In this document: positions 12,501 through 24,182 of the stretch, in pieces
How the letters are laid out: the number at the start of each line of letters is the position of its first letter
Numbering within the stretch: the first letter of the stretch is position 1
Origin: Saccostrea echinata
Lineage: Eukaryota
Reading direction: 5' to 3'
Assembly: GCF_033153115.1 (NCBI RefSeq)
Contig: NW_026889759.1
Location: 3,100,001 to 3,164,000 of the forward strand
Length of the DNA: 64,000 nucleotides
Program-made: the position numbers and the translations under genes
Notes under the pieces: generated by a model
Databases searched by the model: none
What the model saw: the letters and a program-made list of their open reading frames with translations, nothing else
Told to the model about the DNA's origin: nothing

Positions 12501-15338
12501 TATTGAATGAAACAACTTTAAAAGATACACATGCAGTCAAGTTATTAAAGTCTCTCAATCATGCATTTTTCCCATAAACATAAAAAAATTAACATGCTTA
12601 GATCATTTTTATGTGAGTTTGTTAGTCCCTAGCAAAAACTGTTTACAAAAAAAGCAAATCATTCATGTTTCTGATTGTGTTTACGACTGTTATATTAAGA
12701 TGTTTTCAGTGCTTTCCATCATTGCATGCATAATTATATTGCTTTACACAGTTGTTCAGAAGGATGCTTATTTGCATGACAATGCACAATGTCCCAATGC
12801 ATCTAGTAGATGCTAGTGTTATCTGTGCTTGTGATCGTAACTTCCAGAGGTCCACGTTTACTCTGCTCACAATTTATATTGTTTCATTGGACTTTTGAGC
12901 ATGATTACCATTTGTTATCTTCAAATGAATATGCAATACTTTCACTTCTTAAAACATCAGTGATGGGATCAGGTGCCATGTAGGGGTAAGTATCCCCTGT
13001 TGACAGGTCACAACTGCTGTGTGCCCTTTGTCCTGGTTGGATATTCAATAGTCAATTCAGTATGAAAATAATGGCCAAACAATTGGTATGAAAGATGACA
13101 GTCAACATTTGACTTAACAACAGATTGTGTTTGCAAACAAGGTTATATCAGCCATAGAGTTTGTGAAATGTTGAGTTTAAACAAGGTTATCATCAACTCA
13201 TTTGTTAGTAGTCTGCCTCATTTTGAAAATTGCTTGAAATAAGAACATGCTCTTGCATATCAACTTGGAGACATAAACTCCACATGCAGTGAATAATGGT
13301 ATATTCCTACCAAATATGGGAAGTTGACAATAGAAAAGTTGAAGTCATTACAAGTATTATAAAGTTTAGTTGTTAGTTTGCCATCAGTGTCACTGTCTTT
13401 CTCAAGTAAAATATCCAATTAAGAAGCAGATGTGTCAGACTCTGTGGTGTTTTCTACATTTCATTTTGTGCCATCAATGTTTTAGAGAATTTTCTGTAGA
13501 AAAAATATAACTTCTTTGGATTATATTTTGTGTTTGAAGAAGTGTTGGTAAACTTTGTTATATATATTTGAAATTTTATCAACTCTCATGAGATATGAAT
13601 TCATTGGTCTTTTTGTACCATGAAAATGACGCAAATTATACCCCCCCCCCCTTTTTTTTAAAGATATTTCACATTTGTTCAGGTGAAATTGACTTTTCTT
13701 TTAAGAAGAGATGTTTTTCCATTGAAAACCTGGCTATTTTGCAACTGTTTTGATAATTTTCACAAGTTTTAAGTAATTGGTCTACAGTGTATTTCCCCTT
13801 TGATCAACCTGGTATGAACCCACAGCCCCTTGCCAAATAGGTCTAATAAATAACTAGAGTATTCAATGGAAGGTTTGTGTCACCTGCTTAATAACAGATG
13901 CAAATAAATTTAAGAGGGCATTATACTGTAGTTCATGCATTTACCTAAGAAAAAAAATTCCATGCATAGTATGACTATGATAGAATAAGAAATATGATTC
14001 CCCACCCTGTAAGTCTAAAATGAATAATGAAATTGAAATTATTAGAAATAACTATTTATCATTTTATTACGTGTTTATATAATCCAACAATCCTCCAACA
14101 CAGATTTCAGTCTGTCTTTACTGCAATTGTCAGTCTACATGATCCATTGTAGGATCCCGATCCCAGTGTATTTTGACAGTGTTTAAATACATGTTATAAG
14201 TTTGTGTGGTATAAACTGTATATCATACAGTTTCAAAGTACAGTGTCATAAGCTCATAAAAATGTGATATAAATGATAATATTATCAAAACCCTGCCTCT
14301 AAAAATTTAAAACATGCAAGTGAAATAAAACATCCAGAGTATTTTGCAAAGAAGGTCAAAGGTCAAGGAGAGGTAATCTGTAACACTGGTATTATGGATA
14401 ATATTTTATAACAAACTTTGCACATGCTAAATAGCATAAACTTACCTCTAAAATGTCAAAAATATGCTGTATATCAGCACTATCAACTGTTTCGAAATGA
14501 AGGTCAAAGGTCAAGTTCAAAGGTCATGAGGTCAGTAATCATGGTAATTTATAAAAGCTATAGTACCAAGCAATATATGCACAAAATATCAAATCAATAC
14601 CTCTTACAGTTCTCAAAATATAAGGTGTGACAGATGGCCAGACAGACCCTGGGTAAAGTGATCCCCAAGTGTCCCTCTGCTCTGCAGGTGACACAGAAAT
14701 GAAAGGCTGTTTAAGCTTTAAAAAGTATGAAATAATATAATTAAATAAGTTGGCAAAAAAAATGAAGGCTGAAAAGACCTTGGTCTTTCTTTTAATTGTT
14801 TATAGGATTTTTTCTCTGAATATTTCATTAAAAAAAATTATAAGCACTGCGATCAATATGCTAAATAATGTACATGTTGCTATAAATACATGCAGTTTTT
14901 GATAGACTGTGAAGCAGTAAAAGCATACAATATAGCAAAAACCATGAATAATTAATCATTTGTGTAGAATATGACAGAGTTCAGCCTGAAGGCAACTACA
15001 TTTACATATCAATGAGTACATTGACACTTCCCCTACTATTTATTGAGTATTGAGAGGAATATTTCCTCAAGGGAAATAACTCTGTTAAACATATTGATAG
15101 GAATGATGGTAGTAATTTAAGCAAGTATCAAATTTTCATAGATCATATGTCTTAAAAGCAGCCTAAATGATAACCATTAAGTTAATGCATTGTATTAAGT
15201 GATTATCAGTTCATTAATATAATGATTATCGATTATCTTGTGATGGATTCATATTTATATGGCTCTTCTCTGTTACAGGGGGCTAAAGTAGAAATAGAAG
15301 CAATAGCCATAGTTGGAACACTGGTGGACTCCCAATGA
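6515..15338 (+). CDS. RIDA: 2-iminobutanoate/2-iminopropanoate deaminase RidA (HRSP12/UK114), 6 exons, 135 aa
   Basis: Exons 6515-6579, 8480-8582, 9103-9157, 11505-11573, 12291-12346, 15279-15338 (408 nt, all GT-AG). Protein: [90 protein letters not shown]. The catalytic Arg lies in the PAR motif. AATAAA at 15524-15529. Confidence 0.97.
6995..8419. mobile_element. Non-autonomous DNA transposon with TTA target duplication (PIF/Harbinger-like) in RIDA intron 1
   Basis: Imperfect ~40-bp TIRs sharing CTTTGTTTCCCCTAAC.CGACC. TTA at 6992-6994 and 8420-8422. Contains a nested SINE remnant. Confidence 0.7.
7830..8045 (-). mobile_element. Degenerate tRNA-derived SINE, same family as 24808-25105
   Basis: Reverse-complement matches to TAAGTGCCGAGTA, GGCACG.AAAAGATCCCT and GGAGACCGGTC of the full copy. 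Confidence 0.6.
9931..10657 (+). mobile_element. 3'-truncated HINE with ~170-bp units, carrying a nested ~120-bp hairpin MITE
   Basis: 5' end TTAGCTCACCTGAGCTGAA, (GTCC/GTCT)n microsatellite and satellite-like units. Nested inverted repeat at 9977-10095. Confidence 0.75.
12780..13460 (-). mobile_element. Decayed Penelope-like retroelement (RT C-terminal remnant)
   Basis: Minus-strand translation TTESDTSAS*LDILL...DGKLTTKLYNTCNDFNFSIVNFPYL resembles the PLE RT motif T.LYDKRDDFNF.IVNFP.L. It contains stops and frameshifts. Confidence 0.7.
14340..14700 (-). mobile_element. HINE-type remnant (GGTCAAAGGTCAAG family)
   Basis: Repeated AAGGTCAAAGGTCAAG, GACA microsatellite and terminal hairpin near 14650-14695. 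Confidence 0.5.
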
Positions 15339-18300
15339 CTAGAGGCAAAACTGTAGTTTTTAAAAGTACTTTTGTCATCACATTATTGGGAAAATCCAAT
15401 ATCTGACTGTTTTATACTGAATTATAGGTAGAATCATAAGTTTGAATTTTATTGTAATTTTTTTCAAAAAGCATTATTGAGTACTTTATATTCATTTTAT
15501 AAAGACAAATTTATATTTTTCATAATAAAATTGTATTATGAGCTGGAAACATATTACTAGTTATTTTGTCATGAGGAAAAATCCAGTATGTGTGTTTCTT
15601 AATGAACATAGCTGGATTGAAGTGTAAGATTTAAAAATCTAGCAATTTTATTCCAAAGTAGTACAATATAATTTGCTTATTATAATAGTTTATTTTTTCA
15701 AACAAGGTATAAATATTATAATAAGCAACCTATAATAAAAGCCAACGTAGGTCTAAAAACAGCAACTGCAGAAATGCCATTCCTGTTTGTGTTCCTAATT
15801 GTGCTAATTTTGTTTTTTGGGTTTCTTTAAATGAAAATTATAATGGGAGGAATTTACATTGAATTGTTAAGAAATGTTTTTTTTTTTTTTTTTGTGTTTC
15901 AACATTCTACAAAAATAACAGTGTTTTATATGAAACCCATATAATAATAAGCAAATTGTACTGTATTTAATATATTTTATACATATTATAAAGACGAAAT
16001 TTTATTTTTTTAAAGGGAAAATAATATTTTCATTGAAAAAACTAGAAGATTGAAATGTGTTACTCTGACAATTGTCATGTGATGGTTTGAATTCCTTTGT
16101 GGCTACTTAGTATAATGTATAGGTCACGGTGTCTTCATGCAGTTAATGAGTTTACCTGTGGATAAATATGCAGTAGATGCCACTTTTAGTAAGAGTCTAC
16201 TGCCTGTGCAGATTTAGATGATTCTACTCAGTTTTTAGTTATAGCTGACCACCTAAGCTTTGACAGAGATTCTTACAATTCAAAAGTTTACCGGGTCATG
16301 CCTGCTCAACTAATCATGCACAGACAATAAAATTTTGTGAATCAACATGAAACTTGGTATAAGTGCTGGCTTTTAAATGTTCATAATTATTTAATGGAAG
16401 ATTGAAATTATATTCACTTTAACAGAGGTAATGGGCAGATATTATCAAGGTATAATGACACCTACAAGCTATATACATGTAAAACACTATTACACAGATT
16501 GAAGCAGCTAGATCACTTTCTGAGTGCTATAATCTGTCCCAAAATCGTTTTGTGTCTCTCTGTAGGATTTATAGATAGCTAGGTCTCCACTTGACTTCTG
16601 TATTTGAAGTGTTTCAGTTAATACTGGTTTATCTTCAGATGGTATTTACAATAGCTCAAATTTAAACATAAAACTGATAAAACCTTAAAATGTAAATGTG
16701 TATTGTTCATCGTTCTCAGAGATTCACTGATATTAAGGATTCTATATTATATTAAGATGCCTTATGTTAGCATTCAGGGACAATATCTGGCCCATTTTGA
16801 CAAAGTGTTTCTCAGGTGACAAACAGAAACTGCAGTTGATATACCTGTACAATATTTATACAAAGGTGTCAGTATAGTTATGCTTTGTTTTTTTTACATG
16901 GAAGGCCTCTTTAATTTTGTCCTAAATTTTACAGATTGTGTAAATTGAAAAAAATGAGCCTTAGTCAGTTAAGATGATGGAAATGTAGACTGTTTCTACT
17001 GAAAATGACTCTATTCGTTATGAATTTAAGAGACAATAATGTAATACAGTGTACATCTCCCAATCCTAAAATCACTTGATTTGCATATGGTGTCTTTCTA
17101 CACATCAGTTAGGCAATGTAGTTGAAGATTAAATGATAATTCAAAGAACTTATCCCCCCCCCCCAAAAAAAAAGGTACATGAATTTTAATTGGGAATAAA
17201 GAATTGGTAATCATAATAAAAAGGAGTGTGAATATAACATCTCCCTGTACCATGATGAAGGATGGGGCAGCAAACAAGTTGAGTTTAATGATTGTCAGAC
17301 AGTAACCCCCCCCCCACCCCCCCAAAAAAAACATCAAGTGATTAAAGTATGCTATGTTAACCATGCACGGCTTTTTGTTTCATGTATCTGTTCATTAATC
17401 TTATTCAGTGTGTGGGCTTGAAATATGTCCAAAGTCTTCTAAAATGAGGAAAAGATTTATTTGTTTAGAGTTAATTGAATTAAACAATTCATGTAAATTG
17501 GAAAAACAAGAATTGAAAGTGTATATAATAATTTATTAACTTTTAACTATATAATAGCCAGTTGATGAAATTAACACTTTTTATTACGCTGTCAATCATA
17601 ATTCAATTTCAATACAGTTAAATAAAGACAGAATTTAATTGTGACAACACAAACATGTCTATACATTAAAGAGTCCATCATTAGTAATATTCCAATAGCA
17701 GTGTACTTCATAGTATAATACTGGTATAGATCACAGTAATACATTTATATCAAAAAAATGCACCAACATTCCATGTTCTGCATTTTAACTCACACATTCT
17801 TCCTCAACTTTCATCCATCACAGTAAAATTGGAATAAGTCAGACTTCCAATAAATTCATGTTCATCCACACCATGTTGTGAAGACAAATACATCACAGGG
17901 TAAAAAAAGTAACTAAAGAAAAAAAATAGTCCAGGACGGATAGTCTCCCTTGAGTGGGCTCTTTTGTGTGTGTGTGCTTTTTCACTGGTTTAAAAGTTCC
18001 TTGCTTTATCTTTTTGAATAGTAAGAAATGAGTTTAAGAGAAAACTGTTTTGCCAATAAAATCCATTTTACTGATCCAGTGATACATAATTGAAAATGAC
18101 CTAGCTTTAATTTTATCCCTGAAAAGAAATTAGAAAAGTAAAAATCAATTTAGTTAATTGACAACTCCATTAAACTTTAAAGTTACTAAGAATTAGAGCA
18201 TTGATACATAGAATTATTATCATTTTTAATATAAAAATATTAACTTTAAAATGATACACATGTAAAATAAAAAAAACTCTGAGATTTATTAAATTTTTTT

Positions 18301-18361
18301 TAGGGTACATTTTCATATTTCATTAATTCTGTAAGTTTCCGAACAGTATACTAACCTATCA

Positions 18362-21300
18362 CTATTCTGCTGCTTGTTCCGTCTGTTCAGACTCGGCGGC
18401 GGGGGGATCTGTGTTCTGTGCTGGCGCAGATTCTATAAAAGAGACATGTTTTTTTGTGTAAATATATTACTGGATGCACATTTTACCTTAATAATAAAAA
18501 TAGAGCATTTTCCCCAATGACGTATAAAATACAGCTTAAAATTATTGGGAGTTTCCTGCCCTTACGGTCCACCTATTTTGACATCTTAATTTTTGAAACC
18601 TATAAATCCCGACCCTCGTCCGTAAGCTTTCACCAGTCTCTGATTACTTAAGGAATTGAATTTAACAAGCAAATTCAAAGAGCTGTGGTCCCCAGCTTTT
18701 GGTGTCTTAGTGGTTATGATGCAGTTATTTATGGCATATTGTAACTGTCTTGTCTGTGTGTCCTGTCTTGTCTGTCCATCATACAAAACATATTTAAAAT
18801 TTTGAATTAAAAAAGTTACCGTCAAGATTTAAGTTACATCATTCAATCACATTTCAAGATCAAGGTCATGAGGTAAAATTCTTAATACAGTCCGAAAGGT
18901 CTTATTATATACAATTAATGCACACGTGAAAAAAAAGTCTCTTCTGCATGCATGGAGCAAAAGTTTTGGCCAAAGTAAGTAAATCAAACTTCTAGGTCAA
19001 GGTCATGATATAAAAAATGATAGTTCTTCTTGAGAGAAGTAGTCACAGGTAATGTACATATTAAATATGAAAGCTTTACCTTCTTTCAATCAAAAGTTAT
19101 GACCAATGTTTAAATTTTTGAAAAGTACTTTAGGCTTAACTTTAAGGTTAAGGTCACGAGGTCAAAAACCATAGTGCACTCTGAAAAGTTTAGTAACAGG
19201 TAATGCACATGTCAAATTTGAATGCCGTATCTTCTTTCATTCAAAACTTATCACCAATATTAAAATTGTTGAAAAGTAGGTCAAACTTCAAAGTCAAAAA
19301 TCATAGCACATTTGGTAAGGTTTTGTCACAGGTAATGCACATGTCAAAAAATATGAACGCCCTATTTTCTCTCATTCAAATTTTTATCAACAATGTTAAA
19401 ATTTTGAAAAGTAGAAAGTGACGGGTTCAAAAAAATAAATCATCGTTCATTTGGAAAGGTCTTGTCACGGGTAATTTACTTGTGAAATATGAAAGCCCTA
19501 TTTTTTCTCATTCAAAAAGTTGTGACCAAGGTTATTTTTTTTGTGACAGACTGACAAATGAGATTTAAGTCCCCTCACTGACAGACAGACGAATGAGATT
19601 TAATTCCCCTCCCTTTCACGAAAGCGAGGTACAAAAACGAAAATTATAGAGGTGCTAGTACGTATGTATTAAGAAATTATGTATCTTTATTACATACCCC
19701 CCCCCCCTCCACATCACTCCCCGTATATACACACGTGTCTTCGGATGAAAAAATGTATGTTTTCCAATAATTTTTATCTTGCTACAGATTTAAAATGAAC
19801 GACTTACATACATGTATGTATCTATCATATTATCTATCATGCAAGTGAACTGTTTACTTGTTTATTAGTTACACATTGCAAAAACAGAATCAGAAATTAT
19901 TATTTCAAAATACTATCTGTCAAAGTTCGTTTGGTTACAAAGTCCTTTAATAGAACATATACAATAAAAAAGTGCACCTTCGCGAATCGTAATCAGCTTT
20001 GGACTCCCCCCATCAACATATATATGAACCGGATCGTGTGACGTTTTAAGCTCAGCGTGCACGCATGCTAGCAAGATTAGGGGTATTGTCTGAACTGAAC
20101 TTTAGCAGCTAAGTTCATTGTAAATAATTTTCATAAATCTGCCAAGCCTTTTGCAGTGCGGTTAATTTTTATTGGTATAGACGGATTAGACTTAACCTTC
20201 CCCCTCCTTGTTTCATTGCAAGTCTCAAGGCCGTTAATAATCTGTGGCCAGGCCTGTCCCTGCTTTGCACTCATGAAATGTCTCTTGAGGGCCAGTCGGG
20301 AAGAAAAAAAAGGGGGGTGAGCGAAAAACGAGAATAATAATAATTTTACTGAATTATCCGAAACAAGAAATAAAACATGTAAGATGTTATTTCACTTCGA
20401 AGTGACTTTTAGGGCAACTAAAATGGAGGTATACATTACTGGACCATATTAATTTTGTGAATAAAATGAAAAATCCGATTAATGGGTAGGGGGACTTAGG
20501 AATTCTCTCTCTTCCTCTCGTGTAATACGGTCTTGTATCAATTTTCTTTCAAACCAGTTATCATTATTACTTATGATGTTGGCGCATTAAACAGTTTGTG
20601 TGCTAATTAATTTTCTTTGCTCAACCCCGTTCACGATCATAAATTCCTATTCAAAGGCCCTATAATTAAAGTTTTGACATACATGTTTTGCAATTCATAC
20701 AAAACAGGATAAGACACGAAAACGTTGGAAGAAAAAAAATGACTAAAACTCTAATTAGTACGAAAAACAGACAAATGAACATGCATCCCGTGTTCCATTC
20801 TCCGTTGTTACGTAAAAAAAAGTTCTAATATTATTATTAAGAGGACGTCCCTACTTTTTGCATGAAGTGAAATCCCATCACTTCTTTGATAAATAATTGA
20901 TATGTTCGTCAAAACCTCCGAAAACAATTTTTTGGTTGACTTCCCGCCACACACTAGTGCTAATTATTACGATTGCTTTTAACTTCGAGTATATACATGT
21001 ATCTTGCTCTTTGACGAGCAGAAATTAAAAAAAAAGGATGTTTAAAACCCTTTATTAAAAGTTGATCGATAAAAGTGTTCCAAGATAAAGTATACTTGTA
21101 TATCTAAGTTGTCTTTTCCTCGATTATGCCTATATGGAAAGTCATAAATTCCAGATTGGGTTTATATTTTTGTGTAGCTATGTAGCTACTATCATAAATA
21201 TTTAAAATTTGTTACCAGTATCTGTTTGTTAAACATATCCATAGACTTATTTTGGTCGATTGGTATAAGATAGCAGATAAAGAACACGAGCTTAATGCCA

Positions 21301-21828
21301 AATAGCTAAAACATTGATTTGAACTATGTTTTAATGGGGAACTGCGTAATTATAGCGATCGAACAAAAAAAATAACAGGTTTCGATCTGTGTTGGACCTG
21401 TTTCATTTATGATCTACTTCCTCGAATAGGGGTAGAATGTTATCTCCACACGCGATTAAGATGCCTTTACTAGACGGGGGACCTTCTATTATTAAAAGTT
21501 GACATCTCGGAACGACACAATGTCTAACTGTGGAGCTTTAAAGAAGATTTCAGATAACTAAATCATCAAATGACTAAGCTTCTACATACATATATCTTCC
21601 AGAATTTTCGTAATTAATATGAAACTTGTTTTACAATCTGCAAATAATATACAAAACTTGCACTTCTACTGAAATTAGTTGCCAAATCCACATTTTAAAC
21701 TCAAAAATGAAAAATCGACAAAAAAGGCATTCCTTACCCGTCTGTGTTGCGGGGGCTTGCTCCTGTTGCCCATTGCCCTCTGATGGGCCTGTGGTTGCTG
21801 TTGCGCCTTTGCTGTTGTTACAACCCAT
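18362..21828 (-). CDS. 53-aa acidic, low-complexity microprotein with N-terminal MGCxxSK myristoylation/palmitoylation motif
   Basis: Exon 21828-21738 (donor G|GTAAGG) plus exon 18432-18362 (acceptor ttttatag), phase 1. Protein: MGCNNSKGATATTGPSEGNGQQEQAPATQTESAPAQNTDPPAAESEQTEQAAE*. Both exons are GC-rich islands in AT-rich DNA. Probable non-coding exon 3 starts at 18118. Confidence 0.8.
18838..19636 (-). mobile_element. HINE-type element with internal degenerate tandem units of roughly 130-150 bp
   Basis: About 5 degenerate units (CAAGGTCA.GAGGT.AAAA...GTCACAGGTAATGCACATGT.AAAT.TGAA...TTCAAAAGTT), a (GACA)n tract and terminal CTTTCACGAAAG hairpin. Confidence 0.6.
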
Positions 21829-24182
21829 CTTGCTGCTATACGCTCAGTTCTAGGTCCTCCGTTTTTTTGCGATGTAAGATGATTACGTCTCCGCGGTCGC
21901 AACACTGACTTTTGCCCGAATGCAGAAATGCGCCAAATAGGATTTTAATGCTCTCGATCCGCTTTTCCTCCTTGTTTACAATGCTTTTGTTTTGGGTCGT
22001 TATGACTACCTTCGTGTGATGTTTTTGATTGGATTCAACATCATCCATGAATATATTTATGACCAGTCGTTGCCCGTTCCTCGCGAACCACCAGATAAGG
22101 AATTAAAAATCTTTCTTTTGTTTTAACCGGTGATTATTAAAACGCCCGTTAATTTGTTAAGGTGGGATTTTAATGTTATACAACGGTATAAAGACAATTG
22201 TGCCTCATTAAACTGGTTCATTCGCGATTATTAACGAATCAATCAACCTAATTATCCCCACGGATACTCTTCGTATCAGAGTACCGATCAGGATAAGTTG
22301 ATCACACGAATCAATAATTAATAAGAATGTTACAGGTTCTTCTCGCGAGAAAATGGACCAAAGATACAAACAAATTACGATTATTTTGCAAACAAGGGGA
22401 AGATATGCATCCCAGTATTTACAAACCAGGAAGAAAATTAAAAGGATAGAGAGAGAGGAAGAAAAAAGGAGAGAGAGAGAGAACGAGAATCTATTGTATT
22501 AATTAAGCAGAAACAGCTTTCTATTCCCATTCTTCCACAGTATTTGTGTAGTTCGAATTTATCTAGTCACAAGATTTTTAGTAATGAATAACTACTTCTG
22601 ATCATATTTTCATTGATGGTCAATGAAAGATGTCACACAGACATTAGATAAAGACACGGTGTTTGGAACCCCCCCCCCCCTTATTCGTTTCTTACTCTTG
22701 TAAATAATGAAAAACTGTACGATATTTCACAAGGCCAATTATTCGTACATGACATTTGGAAAACCTTCTCATATTTTTTTGATGGGGGGGGGGGGGAGGA
22801 GGATAAAACAACTAACTACTGGTGAAAGCTTTCAAAGTTAAGCCTTAATTCGAGTAAATTTCAATGACATCTCGAACTTTCATGATTGTCGTTGATTTTT
22901 TTTTTTTTTTTTAAACCATAAAATCAACCTTATGTGTTTTATCAACTGAAATAAGGTTAGGTGATCGAATTTTAAATAATGAATACATGAAAAATGACCG
23001 TACAGAGGGGGATGATGTTGCTTGTGACGTGTGTTTCCATCAAAACTTGGTATAAAATTACAGAATACGTTAGTTTACACGCTTATCAGACTACAACCCT
23101 CGTGTCGTTCGACATATTTCATGATTACATATCAAAAAATCATCAGGAAATTCTAGGGTTTTTTTTCATTTCCAATATGAGGAGGTCTTCCATGTCAAAA
23201 ATTAATCCAGTAACTTTTATTTTCTTTAATCTTTGACAACTTAAAAAGCTTTTTTTTTTATTTGGAAAGGAAGGGAATGGCTAATTTGGGAATGAGAGGA
23301 AAAATGATTCCTATGTACCCAAAATTAATAATTTATAAACATTGCCTTTCGTCTGAAGTATATACATAAAAGCGTTTAAAAAGCGTGAAATTACAAGATT
23401 GAATGCGGAGACATGTTTTATTCATTGTGTACAAGATTAAGAAATGTAATCTTCAATTTTATTTCTACTTAAAAATCAGCTTCTGGTGAAAGTTATTTTG
23501 AAAACAACATATTTTTAGGAGACATTTTACAGCTCTCTAGACAACAATATGCATATTTCTGTGATGCACAACACATATTCTTTGTACACGTATTTACGAG
23601 TCCCCAATGATTACAGATGGTAAAGCTAGACGCCATTCCATATGGAGCCATTGAGTACATTGACATTAAAGAAATGACGCACTTGTCGTTGGACACGCAA
23701 CAAAATTATTGGTAATTATAAATAACTCATTTCTGTAAACCGAAAATCCATTCCTGAAACATTTCAACAATGTTTCACATAGTTGTAAGAATGGGTTTGT
23801 AATTGGATTGTTACTAAGTAAAAACAGAGATTTTTACAGGGCTGCATTTTTCCTACCACTGTATAACAATGTTGGCTCAGAATCAATTCCATTTGATAAG
23901 GTTTCCCTGAGAAGTATTGATAGAAACTCAAGAAAGTCATCTGCATCACTGATAAATTATCCTTAGGAAATATCTTTGTCTGAAAACTTAATCAATATTG
24001 TATTCATTGATACACAAATAAATATTCAGTGTATTGACAATTGTATGATGTTCTCTTGTTCTTTACCCCCCCCCCCCCCACCTCTCTCTCTCTCTCTAAA
24101 GCAATGTATTTCATGCCCACCCAACACCATATCTTACCTGCATAAGAAAAAGAAAGAAGATTTACAACATTTTAGAGAGATT

